DNA of 64,000 nucleotides from Vicugna vicugna. Lineage: Eukaryota. The notes below the pieces were generated by a model that had not been told where the DNA came from, did no database searches, and saw only the letters and a program-made list of their open reading frames with translations. Shown in pieces: positions 38,476-52,679 of the stretch. A program made the position numbers and the translations under genes. How positions within the stretch are numbered: position 1 is the first letter of the stretch; each line of letters starts with the position of its first letter. The stretch covers positions 3,051,905-3,115,904 of the forward strand of contig MU058000.1 in the NCBI GenBank assembly GCA_013265495.1, in the 5' to 3' direction.

Positions 38476-41109
38476 CCCGGCATCCTCCTGGGTAACCATC
38501 ACCTGCAGGTGCCACCTTTATCATAGCTTGGTGCTTGGGACACACATTCCTAATTTCCAAATTAGAATTTTGATCTCTTTCCCCTATGCTGCTGTTTTTC
38601 CACCATTCACTGTATCTGAATATGTTTATGTTTACTCGTGAACATTCAATACAATGTCTATCATCTGAATCCACTAAAAACAACTTGGGTCAAAAACGCT
38701 GGCTTAGCATGTGGATGGCTGCTGATCTGCATGAGTGGCTGCCACTTGCCTATCTTGATAAACTGGTTTCTAGAAAGGATAGGTATGCATAGAAAGGATA
38801 TGCAAATGCATAGAATGCTCCAGACTTTGCTTGGCCAGGGCAGTCATCGATATGCAGCATCCATGATCTTTCCCAGCTTTCATGGGGGAAAAATACATCC
38901 ATTTACCAACTTTCTGCAGCCCCAGCAGAGCTTGCTAATCAGGTACAGGCTGGACTCCCTTTCTGCCAAGATGGAAGCAGGGTTTGTGATTTCCAGGCAT
39001 TCCGCAGACTTACCGGAGGGTGCACCTGGTCTTAGTTAATTGGGTGAAGGAGTTTTGCCTGTGAGGTGAAAGGAATTAGTGACAGGTTTCCTATTCGCTC
39101 GACCCCCTGAGGTGGGATAAAAAAACCTGACTGGCTCCCTCATTTTATAAGACCAGTTGGGGAAAGACATAATGAAGGAAAACATGGCATGGCATGTTTT
39201 TCTCTTGTTTCAGGATGGTCAAGTTCGTGGAACAATGTTGGGTTAGCTGGCTTTCTGTTGAATATTTAGTTAGTGAGCAGGAGACACAACCAACTAGAGC
39301 ATTTAGCACCATTAGGTTATAAATTTGCCATTAGGTGATTTACTTGAGTGATATTGAGTAGGTCTTGTAAAGTTTATTGGAGTTCAAGAAAGGAAACCAT
39401 CACACCTGGCTGGCTCTGACATAAGGGAAAGTGCCTTGTGGGAGTTGGTTAGCCCTTCTAATATGATCAATGGCCTGATGTTACCCAGCAGAAAGAAATG
39501 AAAGACTTGACTTGGAAAGTGTGTTAATTCTTTCAGGCTATTTAGTATAATTTAATGCACTGTATAGTGCCCCAGGGCATTGAAAGAGTTAAACTCCCCA
39601 GACAAAATGAAGAATTACTCCCTTTTTCCTGGAAAGATCAGGGCCATATGCATAGAGAGAACTTTATTAGCAAGGGTATTAAAATTGGCTTCACTGTAAG
39701 CGATTTTTCCTAGGTTCCATTTCTGTGCCATCTGTCCTTTTTTTCCTTACCAGTAAAAGTCATAAAATGTACACATTCACTAAAAAGAAAAGAGTAGGGT
39801 TTTATGGCAATCGACAGACATTAAAATTCTGTTCTCTTGTAGAATGCATCTTGAGCTTTCAGAATACTATTCTAACAACTGATTTCTAATGTATCTATCA
39901 TAAGTTATTAATATTTTATGTTAATGGTCACATAGATAAATTGGGTAAACACCACGAACAAAACGAACCCCAAGTAAAATAAGCAATAATTGCCACTGAG
40001 AATAAAAATGGTGGTTATAGTTTTGATATGGAAAGAAGAATCACCATATAACGAGACACGAAATTAGGGCTGACCTCACCTTCATGACTGGCTTATAGGA
40101 AAGGAGAAAAAGGCATTTAAATTAATAGGAATTGGGTCTTCCGGAGATACACTCCTATTTTCCTGCACTTGGAGTCTGATCACAATTAAAGATCATTGGT
40201 GAGAAAGAATCAAAAGATTCCATCAGCCATGACCACTGACACTTTTCGTTAATAAAACACCACCTTCAATGCAGGCCAGTTGAGCCTCCCACCTTCCGCT
40301 CCTATCTGTGCCTTCGCCTGGACTTCAGCTTCTTTCTGGAGTGTTTCCCTGCACATGTTTAACCTTCAAACTAGTAGCACTTATCAGTTTAAAGTGAATA
40401 AAAATTTTCAGTTGTACTTTTAACACCCAACCCAGAATCCTCTGGATTTGTAATGGAATCATATTAAATACTGCCTGAGAGGAATTTGGCCCAAATGAAG
40501 ACAGAAAACTGGATGCACGTTTGGTGCTAGTGTTTTCGACCTTTGTGTAATTTCACTATGTCATTTCCAAAAATCTTGTGGGCCGGAATACGTCATTCTG
40601 AGGTAGTGATAGTATTCTGAGCTGAACCCTTTTCCATACATGGATCCCAAATCATTTCTCAAAGACATAAGGAGCATTATGCATGTTATTCAACAGGGGA
40701 AAGTCAAGGACAGGAAACTTAACTTTCCTTCCTGAGGTTGTTCTCTGAGTAGGAAATATTTCAAGGATAGCGCTTAAAATAACATGCTATTGATTTTTCT
40801 GGGCCATTAGATCACAAGCATTTTATCCAACTGCATGTTTCACACTTCACCAGAAGGCGCTGGTACCTTATCTCCACAGGCCTTTCGGGGTTTTTAAAGC
40901 CCATTCTTGTCCATCATCTAATCTGATCTGCAGAACAGCCCTGTGTGCCAGTCTGTTTCTCCGAACCTGTTTTCTCTGTTCTAAGATGAGGATGAGTAGA
41001 TTCTCCGAGCCTGAAACTGGTCCAACACTGAGCAAGTTCACGGGTCCAGGAAAGGCCTTTCCTCTACACTGCACCCTCTGAGAGAACACTGAATCTGAAC
41101 GTGTTGCTT

Positions 41110-41620
41110 GATTTTTTTAAAAATAATACTTAGAAACAGCATATTTGACTTTTTAAATAACATTAATACATGACTGTTGCCAAATATACAGAGAACGCAG
41201 AGAAATAAAAGGAATAAACATTCTCATAAGCCTCCATCAAGACAAAAATACTGTTCACATTTCCTTTCCAATCCCTCATCTGCACGTTTGTGGCTCAGCT
41301 GACACAGTGCTACGTTTTCATTTTTGTGCTCTGGTTATTTCCACTAGAATTGTCATGCAAATGTAGTACTATGATAGCAACAACTCTTTGTGAAGTTGGT
41401 TTTAATGGCAACTTACTAATAACTGACTATGTTGACGTCTGTTTCACTATTCTGTCTTTGGACATACAAAAGCTTTTTGAGGTGAGCATGATAAATGAAC
41501 ACCTTGTTCACAGAGTATTGAATGAATTTAGTGTTGGCTGCTTAGAATTTTCTAGAGCTATAGCTTGATAATTATGAAAATAAACATTTTAAAAGCTGTT
41601 GATTGTCAAAAGGTCTTCCT
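41110..41620 (-). mobile_element. Ancient L1M fragment(s)
   Basis: 'ttggacata...atgataaatgaacaccttgttcac', 'ttagaatttctagag' and 'ttgattgtcaaa' are antisense L1ME-like motifs. Confidence 0.5.
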
Positions 41621-41624
41621 AGCA

Positions 41625-41860
41625 GGGCTGTCTTTGGTCTCTGAAAGCCTGCATTCAAATCCCAGTTCAAGCTCTTCTTCTTGTTCAGGTTAAGCGACTT
41701 CACCAAAATACGTAACTCTTTTGATCTTTAGTTCTTCTTATTTAACGTGGTGATGATCATACAGATCACAGAAGCCATCGCTTTTAGAATTAAAAGATAA
41801 TAGAGACGCAGGACTTAGAGCGATGCTGACATGTATCAAACATGCATAATACGTATCATA
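41625..41860 (+). mobile_element. MIR SINE
   Basis: 'tttggtctctgaaagcctgcattcaaatcccagttc...taactctttgatctttagttcttcttatttaac'. Confidence 0.6.
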
Positions 41861-44455
41861 TATTATATACTGTCCCAGAACATGAAAGATATGTATTGTG
41901 CGCTCCTCTTGACATTGCGCTCCTCTTGACATCATCATGTTTGCTACTGAGTTAGGATGTTAAAAGGGACGTTTCATCTGAGTCCCACAGACAATAAAAT
42001 AATGTATCGAGGAAATGCTAAAAGATATAAAAACCATATACGCATCTCATCTATAGAAAGGGGGCAAAACAATTGATGTTCAATATAAACTCTCTATTAT
42101 GTTGAATTTCCAAATTTTTATTTCAATTCATCACTCTCTATTTTGTTCCTGTGGTCATTTTTTTTTCTCTGTTCTGTTACCATAGTCTTAATTTTAAACA
42201 TTTATTACAGCTTAATATTCAGGGTGACATTTCATCCAACTTGTCCTTTTTCAGGTGTTTCTTGGTCGTTTTTATAGCTCTGCATTTCCACATTACTTTA
42301 AGAATCAGCATGAATGTAACATATTTGTTGGCATATATTTATTTCAGATATGATTTATTTTTAAAATCTTCATCCAAAATTCTCCTTAAGTTTGGAGGAC
42401 GCTCAGGTAACACTTTTACATGATTACTTTTGATGTGTGTGTGTGTTTGTGTTTCTTATCTTAAGGTTCTTCTGAAAGCAGAAGTAGAAAACTGAATGAG
42501 TGAATTCATTGTGGAATGTCGACCCCAGCTGTGAACGCTAGGATATATATGATAAAATCCATCCTTCAAAACTTCCTCACTTTCTTCAGCTGACCCTTGA
42601 GGGTTCCTTCTGTGATGAATGTGGGAACATTTTAATGCACCAGTTTTTAGCAACAGAAGAATGTGCCTTCCTGTCTTCTAACACAAGGACTTAATATAAT
42701 CTGATGAACTTATAAGGACCTTTTTTGCTGACCGCCAAAGACATTTCAAATCCTTGGACGAATGGATTGTAATAGTTTTAATCCAGATTCCTACTCAAAA
42801 TGATGCTAGTAATGGTGTTCAGGAATCCCAATCGTCCAGTTAAAAGACATTGAAATTAATAATAAACTATAAGGTGCTAAAAGTTAAAAGTTGGAATGTC
42901 ACTACACAAGGTACATATAAATACAGAACTCATGATATCATATGTGAAGAATGACAGCTTTCTGCAAACAGGCAGCATTTGTGACAACAAGTTTGTTTTT
43001 TTGGTGTCAGTGTCTTCAGTAAGCACTCTGCCAAATTTCCATTTTAGATCAAAGAGAGAAAAGAAAGCCACAAAGATAGTAATAACAAGATTTGGAACGT
43101 TTCCATGATTTTTCTCATGTGAGTTAAGATTATTTTTAAGAGCAGACACACTGAGGTAGATTTGTTATTTTTGAATGCAGACGTTATTCCATTTTAATCT
43201 GAGAGATGATATTTTTATGAAGCATTGTTGAATTTGGGGTGTATATACGAGGTTGGGGAGGTGTTCCTAGCAGACTATTGCTCACATCTTTTCATTTTCT
43301 TCTGAACTGCTGAGGTTAGAGGGGTCTGAACACAGTCATGCAAAGAAAGAATTATAATAATAAAATATGTAATAAGAACCAGGATCTTGGAATTCTCTAA
43401 AAGCTTGAACTTTTTACCCTTCTAAAACTGCGGGGTTTTTTTTTTTCCCTTCTTTCTCAAGACGTCAATCTCTCTATTAATCACAACTAAATCCTCTGAG
43501 GATTATTTAAAAAAAATGTGAGAGTATCTATGTGTGTGTTCATTTCCACCTGAATGAATTGGACAGGCTGAAGGTCTGCTGAGAAAGCACTTTAAAACAA
43601 ATGTATATGTTACTAAAATTTAAAGTTTAGATTTATCTCTTTTTATTATTATTATTTTTGGTCTCCTCCTGTCCACCCTTCATTTACTGGGTCTTTTCCT
43701 AATATTTTAATCTGTGTCTTTGATGGAGGATATCTTTCTGTACAATCACTACTGCTACACACATGGCACGTTGACACCTGACCTTTTTTTAACTAGGTAA
43801 AAGGACAAAGAATATACTTACATAAAGGTAGAAATGCTTGTAAACTTGCCTAGCGCTCTAAGTAGCTAGTGCCCTGGAACATTTGACAAGGACCCCATGC
43901 CTTTGCCCCTGTCTTCATATATGTATTGGGCTGTTGCTTGACCAAATCATGTATTGATGAGATTTCTTTTCCTTTAATGACAGAGTCTCCATACCTCTTA
44001 GCTCAGCTCCATTATGGAAACTGTAAGCCCCAATGAGTCTGTTTTCTCCCTCCCATCTTTACATTCCTTGCTTCCTTCCTGATACTTACACAAACAGGAT
44101 GCATTTTAAGAAATAAAATAGGATTCAAATTTGAATGTTTGTAGTTTAAAACTTTGTATATTTGTAATTTAGAAAGTTGTAGACATTTCTTCTTGTTTTT
44201 CAGACTATTCATTATGCTCATTTGAACCTTCAAATGCTCATTTTTCACATGTGATTTTTATTTATTTTTAATGTATTCTAAGCTCCCAAGTTTGTTCAAA
44301 ACATTTTGGAACATGATATTTTGACCTGGTCGATAGCTGTAATGTTTTGTTTGGCAGAGGGGGAAAAAAACTGACAAATGTGGATTCTAGCATACAGACT
44401 AAACTTTTTAAAAAATCTCTTTAAAAGGTTTATTCTTACTGAGTCCCCAACAACC

Positions 44456-44457
<2 letters not shown>

Positions 44458-44495
<38 letters not shown>

Positions 44496-44520
44496 CAACA
44501 ACAACAACAACATAATAATA
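44458..44520. repeat. (AAT)n(AAC)n compound trinucleotide microsatellite
   Basis: Directly visible; produces the poly-I/V/L pseudo-ORFs. Confidence 0.97.
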
Positions 44521-45434
44521 ACAATGGTATACAACATAAGATAATAATAAACATAATAATAGTAGCAATGATAATAGCACTTCTGTGCTTCCTTTCTGCA
44601 TATATTCTTGATGATACTCTCAAAATAAAAATTGAAATGAAACATAGTTAACTATTACAAGGAGGAAACTTTTTTCAGAAAATACTATGTGTTCTCATAT
44701 AATGCTGGAAAAATCTCAGGAAGCTTATATTACAATGAACCAATAACAGTATCTCATTTCACACTCAATAAAACTTCTCTTCTCTATGGTGTTACGTTGA
44801 CACTAAAGAATTAAACGTTCATTGGTCCTTTAACCTCAGTCATGGTTTATATCATACCAAAACAGTTTATCTTCAAAGGTATACAATACTTACTGTGTCT
44901 TCCCATAGTCATAAAACTAGCATATTAGGTAAGTATCCATTAAGCAAATTAAAGCTCAATCACAAATTGAGAAAAAAATCAAAATAAAGATCTGCAAATT
45001 GTTAGAAGCTATGGGTACAGAAAGTGTTATTACATTTGCTGAATTTGAAGCATCAGGAAAAGGGTGGTCCCATTGCTACTGTTTTCACACTGTAGTAGAT
45101 ATTAGGCTTGCTACAATTATCTAGTTTTTTCAACTCCTTAACTCTATTAATTAAGAAACAAATCTTCCAGGGCTAGCTGTAGCTTATATACACCAACCAT
45201 CAATATGAACCCCAACTGTGATATTAGTGCCAGTTATTTTAAACAGGCTCACATTAGTTTGATGATCAGAAATGTAATTTTTATCTGATTTTTCAGGGAA
45301 GCAAATAATAAGGAAGTGAAATGATAAAAGCAAAATATCAAATCCTGAAATAAAGAGTGTTAAAATGTTGAACCCCTTAAAGCAATCTTATTTGAAATCA
45401 AATGTAATGATAGAAGAAAGATCAATATGAGCAG

Positions 45435-45845
45435 GTCATTCTGAGTGAAGTAAGCCAGAAAGAGAAAGAAAAATACCATATGATATCACTTCTATGCAGA
45501 ATCTAAAAAAAAAAAGACAAATGGACTTATTTACAAAACAGAGACAGACTCACAGACATAGAAAAGCTTATGGTTACCAGGGGGTGAAGAGGGTGGGAAG
45601 GGATAAATTGGGAGTTCAAGATTTGCAGACACAAACTAACATATATAAAACAGATAAGTATCAGATTTATACTGTATAGCACAGGAAACTATATTTAATA
45701 TATTATAGCAACCTATAATGAAAAAGAATATGAAAACAAATACATATATGTTCTTATATGACTGAAGCATTGTACTGTACACCAGAAATTGACACAATAT
45801 TGTAAACTGACTCTACTTCAATAAAAATATATATAGACAAAAAAA
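45435..45845 (+). mobile_element. Short 5'-truncated LINE-1 3' end, same family as 18.8-20.9 kb
   Basis: Closely similar to 20557-20929, with an A-rich tail and TSD agcaggtca at 45430-45438 and 45846-45854. Confidence 0.95.
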
Positions 45846-46749
45846 AGCAGGTCAAAAAATGAAAAGTATTTAAAGTCAGCAATTGTTAAAATAAGTTTTT
45901 ATTCTTTTTCTCTTACTCCTTTCCAGTAGTAACTAGACTGACTACTAGAATATTTATATTATATGCCTTCTGGATTTCTGTTATAGATTTACTTTCTGCA
46001 CAAAACTATTCTCTTAAGACTATAAATACATCTTGGGACTGGTGATCAGCCATGAGATCCTTCACTTATTTTGTCTGCTTTCTATTCAAATCAATAGACA
46101 AACAGATTAATAAATAGAAAATGTGACTGAAGACATTAGCTTTGACTTTAATATGGTTATTTAGACTGGAGATTTCCTGTCATTGCCCTCCTCCGTACCA
46201 GTTTTATTATTTGGGGATTATTGCAAATGCATAAAATTACAGGTTATTTACACAGGCATGAATATACTGGACTTGTCATAGAGAAGGGAACAGAGAGATT
46301 ACCAGCTTTGCGTCAATATGTTCCAATACCTACATTCTGTTGTTTTCTTTGTTTTTTCTTCAGATGAACCTCAGCCACCTGCCGGGAAAGATGTAGAGCA
46401 ATTGTGCAACTGTAAATAGTTAAATTTTCCTGAAATAAATATTATTTAGGAAACATATAGTATCAGAAAAAAATGGGTAGAATCCAATGATCAGGAGATT
46501 TAAGTTATAAGATAAAGATCCTGGACTTTATTCTATTGATAATTGAAAACTGTTATATTTATATGATTATATTTTACCTCTACAATATAAAGCATGTTTT
46601 TTTAGGTACCATTAGAAGATGATACAAAAATAGTTGAAGCTTACTTCAGCTACTTCAATGAGCTTACTCTCTAGCTTAGGAGATAATAAAAATACTTAAA
46701 ATACTCAATACTAAAAAACATACCAGTAATTGTAAACATTCTTCATGGA

Positions 46750-48600
46750 ATTAAAAGAAAAAAGATAGTGTTCTATACCAAAATATGGACACTGTATTCA
46801 CAAACCATATAATTTTTCTGCATAAAATCATCCCCAAATTCTATAAACGAATTATTAAAAGCAATGATAGACTACAGCAAGGTAGTTAGATAGATAGAAG
46901 ATCATAAACCAAAAGCAAAAAGTTCAATTGAGCAAAAAAATGATGCAATTAAAAATCATCTTGTAATTTTAAAAAGATATGATTAAGAACATCATCCTTT
47001 GCCAAAACACCAAAATCATTTAACCATAAATCTAACAAAACACCTCAGGACTATATAGAATTATAAAAATATATTTAGCTATATTAAAGAAGATCTAAAT
47101 TAATACAGACACATAGATTTTATGGATAAAAAACTGAAATATGACAAAGATGACATTTCTTGCTTGTTGGTCTCTGTAAATGTAATCCCAGTGAGAAACC
47201 AGCAAGTTAAGCAGGCCAGTTCTAAACTGTAAATGGAAGACCCAAAGCCCAGGAATACTCATTTATTTATTAAATATTTATTAAATTATATTAATAAATG
47301 TATTAATAAGACATGTTTATTAAATGATAAGAAAAATGTGAGGCTTAGCCTTACGATATTCCAAAATGAATAATAAAACTACAGCGTGGTACTGACTCAG
47401 GAGTATGCACGTTGGTTGATAAAGGAATAGAAAGCCTAGAAACAGAACCCACATACACGTTGACATGAGATGTGAAATAACTGGCATTTTAGATCACAAG
47501 AAGAGAATGAATTTTTATTATAACTTTGTATATTAACAGATGGTATCTAGACTTATCACGGTGGTTATTTTATAATATATAAAAGCACTGAATCACTATT
47601 CTGTAGACCTGAAGTTATTATAATATTGTATGTCAATTATTTCAATCAAAATGAATTACTTACTAAAAATTGATGGGCAAATCTAATAAGTATGTGAAAA
47701 ATGTAATTAGATCTATAATTCATATCATACACAAAAATTTCAAACAGTATGAAAAGCAAAGTTTATAATTTTAGAAGAAAACAAGAAAAGATACGAATTT
47801 GAAGTAGAGAATTAATGTACCTTAAAGGAAATGTTGATTAATTTTACTAATTAAAATTAGGACTTTCAATTTATCAAATAGATTCAAATCACATATTTCA
47901 AGTACTTAAGAACCAAACATAAGCAAAGGATTAGTACTCAGAACATACAACTTTTATACTGTCAATAACAAAAACTACAAACAACACAATAGAAAAATGG
48001 GAAAAATAGAGCAGATAATTTACAGAAGAAATATCAAATGCCTAGTAGCATATAAAAAGCTTCAGTTCAGTAGCTATCACTTTATGAGATCTCATTTCAA
48101 AGCCTCCAGGTTGGCAAAAATTAAAGTCTGAAAATCCCAAAGATATTGACAATACAGTGCAATGTACATTCATAAACGCTGATGGTAATACTGAAAAACA
48201 AGAACTAGATAGTAATTTGAACATGCCTATATGCAGCAATTGTTCTCTACCATAGAGAAAAATCATTCATATCTACTAAAACACATGGGAAAAATATTCT
48301 TAGAAGTATTGTTATATTTTTTTACATGGAAAAAATGGCCATCAAAAGTAATTTTGATGAATAAATTATAGTACATTCACTCAATGGAATATTTTAAAGC
48401 AGTGAAAATAAATTAGAGCTATGTGTAAAAACATGTACAGATCTTCAAAAGATAACATTGAATAGAGAAATAACATTATAGAAGAGTAACTACAATCCAA
48501 CTCCGTTTGTATAAAGCTCAATTCAAGCAGAACTACACAACATGGCAGGGTTAATTTAGGCAGAGGGCTTGGGAAGGGAATGAACACACAGATACTACAG
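46750..48600 (+). mobile_element. Ancient L1M (L1MD/ME-like) ORF2-3' UTR relic
   Basis: Decayed L1 motifs in correct order: 'attaaagaagatctaaattaat', 'gaatagaaagcctagaaacagaacccacatac', 'caacacaatagaaaaatgg', 'tcactcaatggaatatt'. Confidence 0.8.
47520..47650 (+). mobile_element. Short L1 3' terminal fragment nested in the older L1
   Basis: 'gaatcactattctgtagacctgaagttattataatattgtatgtcaattatttcaatcaaaa', flanked by aatgaatt direct repeats. Confidence 0.75.
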
Positions 48601-49479
48601 AATCAGAAAAGATCTCCTATTTAATTTTATTATCTTTATAGTTTTTATTCTAACTTTCCATCAACATTCACATATACATTACCTATAATCTTTTCCATGC
48701 TTCACATTATACTACTAAAATAAATTTCAGAGTTAGCATTGACCCTCCCCCATCCCATCCTCCAATATGTGTACAGATGGGTATTAATAAAATACTACTA
48801 ATAATAACAATAATATAAAATGTGGAAGCAAACATTAGTCTGTCACTTACTAGCTGTGTAAACTAAAAAAGGATGCATAACATCTTGAAAGATAAAATAT
48901 TACTTCCCCCGCAGTGTTTGATAGGAAACAAAAATCAGCATTTATAGAAGTGTCTAATTTTTAAATTCTATGGTAATACATAATACAACAGAATTTTAAA
49001 CTAGTTTACAACTTTGGTGAGAGAAAGTATTTTGAAGACGATTTTAAGTGGAGATTTGAAATACCTTGTAGGTTTGAATTGATAGGCAGGAAGAAGAGGA
49101 AAATTTGTATCATTAGAAAGTAAATTATTAGAAGATCCAAAATGACATAGAGAGAGAGGAATGAGGGAACGAAGGGAAGAAGGAAGGTTGGTGGGCAGGG
49201 AGTTAATATGAAATTTCAAAATCGTAAGTTTGATTGAAAAGGCAGGCCTAATACAAAACGTAATGAGAAAAGATGTTTGAGAGCAGGTTGAGAAACTAGG
49301 TGTATTTATGGCAGTAGTGAGAGAGTGGGAGTTGGGACATAATTTTTGTTTGTTTGTTTTTTGTTTTTTTCTTTTGATTTAAATGTCCCCAAACGTGTAG
49401 CACAGCTATACTCAGCGAGTGAATTACAGGTGTGCTACAAGGTGGTCATTGTTGAGGAATTCAAGATGGCAAAGTAATA

Positions 49480-50790
49480 GAACTCCTCAATAAGTGGTGC
49501 TGGAAAAACTGGACAGCTACATGTGAAAGAATGAAATTTAGAACATTTTCTCACACTATATACAAAAATACACTCAAAATGGATTAAGGACTTAAATGTA
49601 AGACCTGAAACCATAATACTCCTAGAAAACATAAGCAGAACACTCTTTGACACAAATCATAGCAATATTTTTTTGGATCTGTCCCTTACAGCAAAAAAAA
49701 GTACAAATAAAATTGAATAAATGGAACATAATTAAGCTTTAAAGTTTTGCATAGCAAAGGAAACCATCAAAACAAAAAGACAGCCTACTGAAATGGGAGA
49801 TAATATTTGCAAATGATATGACCAATAAGAGGTTAATATCCAAAATATAAAAACAGCTCATACAACTCAATATGACAAAATAAGCAACTCAATTAAAAAT
49901 GGGCAGAAAAGATGAGAAGACATTTTTGAAAGAAGATATACAGATGGCCAATGAAAAGATGCTCAACATTGGCAATCATCAGAGAAATGCAGATCAAAAC
50001 TACAATGAGATGTCATGCCCATTAGAATGGATATCATTAAAAATTCTACAAATAACTACTAGTGGTGAAGGTGTGGAGAAAATGGGACCCTAGTACATTG
50101 TTGATGAGAATGCAAACTGGTGCAGCCATTATGAAAACAGTATGGAGTTTCCTCAAGTAACTGAAAATAAAACTACCATATGAACCAGCAATTTCACTTG
50201 GGTATATATCAAAAGAAAACAAAAACACTAACTTGAAAAGCTACATGCATCTCAATGTTTATAGCAGCATTATTTACAATAGCCAAGATACGGACATAAC
50301 CAGTGTCCATCAACAGATGAATGGATAAAGACGATAAACATGCACAAACAATGAAATATTACTCAGCCATAAAAAATGAAATTCTACTATTTGCAACAAC
50401 ATGGATGGACCCAGGGGTTATTTTGCTTAGTGAAATAAGTCAGAGAAAGACAAATGTTATCATTTATATTTGAAATCTAAAAAAAAATAAAACAAAAGAA
50501 TGTATTTAACAAAACAGAAACAGACTTACAGATACAGAGAGCAACTTAGTGGTTACCCCGACAGAGGGAAGGGGGAGGGGCAAGGTAGGAGTAGGGGATT
50601 AAGAGATACAACATACTATGTATAAAACAAATAAACAACAGCACAGGGAAATATAGCCATTATTTAATAATAACTTTAAATGGAGCATCATCTGTCAAAT
50701 ACTAAATCACTATGTTGTACCCCTGAAACTAATATAATATTGCAAATCAACTAGACTTCAATAAAAAATAGAAAATAACAAAAAATAAAA
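49480..50790 (+). mobile_element. 5'-truncated LINE-1 (ORF2 C-terminus plus 3' UTR)
   Basis: Runs from 'caataagtggtgctggaaaaactggacagctacatg' to 'gtacccctgaaactaatataatattgcaaatcaactagacttcaataaaaaa'. Confidence 0.95.
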
Positions 50791-51636
50791 TTTTATTATA
50801 ACACACATACACAAATGATGGTCGTTATTTTCTAAATGTTTTTTGTCTCCTTTCTCCCTCCATCCTGCTCTCTTTTCACTCTTGCTCTCTCCTCTCTCTC
50901 ATCTAAGAATCATTGACTATTTTTGACATGTGATGTTAAAAATTAGCTAAATGCTGATTCTTGGTGAAATTTCATCACGTGTTATTGTCTTTAGAAAAAA
51001 ATAGTTTTATATTTTAAAAGAAATAGTGACTGGAAAATGCAATTAAATATTTCAACGAAGAGAATATGGATATTTCAGAATTCAGAAATTGAATATTAAA
51101 AGACTTTGAACATATATGTATATAAATCATATTTTTATTTTGTACATTTTCCAGAAAATCAATTGAAAATAGCATTTCAATTTTACGTTTTGTTTATCCC
51201 ATGCTTACTAATGCTTTATAATTGTTGATGCAAAGTAATACAAAATTTCTTAAAGTGATCTGCTATATAGTGCTTTCTTTGAAACCCTTAAAAAGCAGTG
51301 TTGGCGACAAGTACTCAGCCTATGTAGTTTATCAGGGACATGGATGGAAGAGGCTGGAATGAGGGAGTATGGAGGGTGAGACAGGGAAAGAAACATGCCA
51401 GGAAAAGGGTGACATTTGTCTATGGAAGGAGTGACTGGGGAATCCCTCCCCCTGCTCCCAAGCCCCACGGGTTCCAGGTGACCCCTGGACAGAATTAATT
51501 ATCCTGCACTTCCCAGGTGTACTTGGCTTCAATTAGAAGATTTTGTTTTGGAGAAAGCTGTGAGGCAGAATGCAAAAAGATAACATGTTTTGCTAAAGAA
51601 GTGATCCTGCCTGAGTTCAGAGTAGAACTGTCTCTG

Positions 51637-51805
51637 ATATATATATGTATGTATGTGTATATATATATATAGATATATATATATAGATATACACACACAC
51701 ACACACATATATATACACACACACACATATATATATACACACACACAAACATATATATACACGTATATATACACATATATATGACACTTTTTATATATAC
51801 ATAAA
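51637..51805. repeat. Long compound (TA)n/(CA)n microsatellite
   Basis: Directly visible. Confidence 0.95.
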
Positions 51806-52679
51806 ATAGTATCATAAATTCTTATTTTAGTACCAAGATAGGCAACCATTTGATTGAAGCTGTACAGTTATATAGCATATAAGACAGAACAGTAACGAAG
51901 TTTATTATTGATTAGGTAATATCACAGAGATTATATTTGCTTTGATGTTTTCCTGTAACTCTCTATCTCAGCTTAAACCCTTTACTTTTTAGTTATATTT
52001 TAAAAATAAACAGTATTGCTAAGTTAACTACTTTGACACCTTGCTAAACAAAATCTCTCTCTGGGGCAGAAAAGAGTTTCTCACTCTTTTAAGTGTCTGC
52101 AAGTATAAAATAAGAAACAAATTACCCTCGTGAGATTAGTTCCTGCAGTATGAGGTCATCGTAAGTGGCTAGTCGCAAGATCACATGTGGAGAAATCCAA
52201 AAGGCTTCACAAGTTACCGAGTGGCTTATTTTACTACCTGTGTAAACTAATGTCCCCAGCTAGTATCGGGGACCAATGAAGCAAAGACATGGAAAAGATA
52301 CCATTTTGAATAATGCATGGCTGAAGTGTGGAAGGACATAAAGACCAAACGAATTCAGTAGATGAATTCTGAATTCTATATATATAGTATTCGTTAGAGA
52401 TCATAAAAAGAAATACTTGGAAGAATGTTTATTTTTTATTTCTGGAAATATCAAAACAAATTACTTAGGACAAATTTTTGAGTGGATATAAATATTTTTT
52501 AAAATAACACTATATGAAAAGGATCATAACTATGTGCATTATGTTGTATAGGCAGGAATCCAAAGTCAGCTGTCATCACCAAGAGCCCTGTTCATGTACC
52601 CAAAGCTCGGCATTGCCCAGGGCACACCTGGCTGCACCTTGTATCTGTTGTTTGATCACACTATTCGAACATTTTGTTT

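Noticed and set aside
38638..39039. 133-aa ORF in unique sequence
   Set aside because: No recognisable family, GTG start and no flanking splice structure; length is within chance range for six frames of 64 kb.
44296..44645. Hydrophobic poly-I/V/L ORFs resembling membrane peptides
   Set aside because: Read-through of the (AAT)n(AAC)n microsatellite.
51495..51849. Tyr/Ile/Cys/Val-rich 106-aa ORFs
   Set aside because: Translation of dinucleotide repeats.
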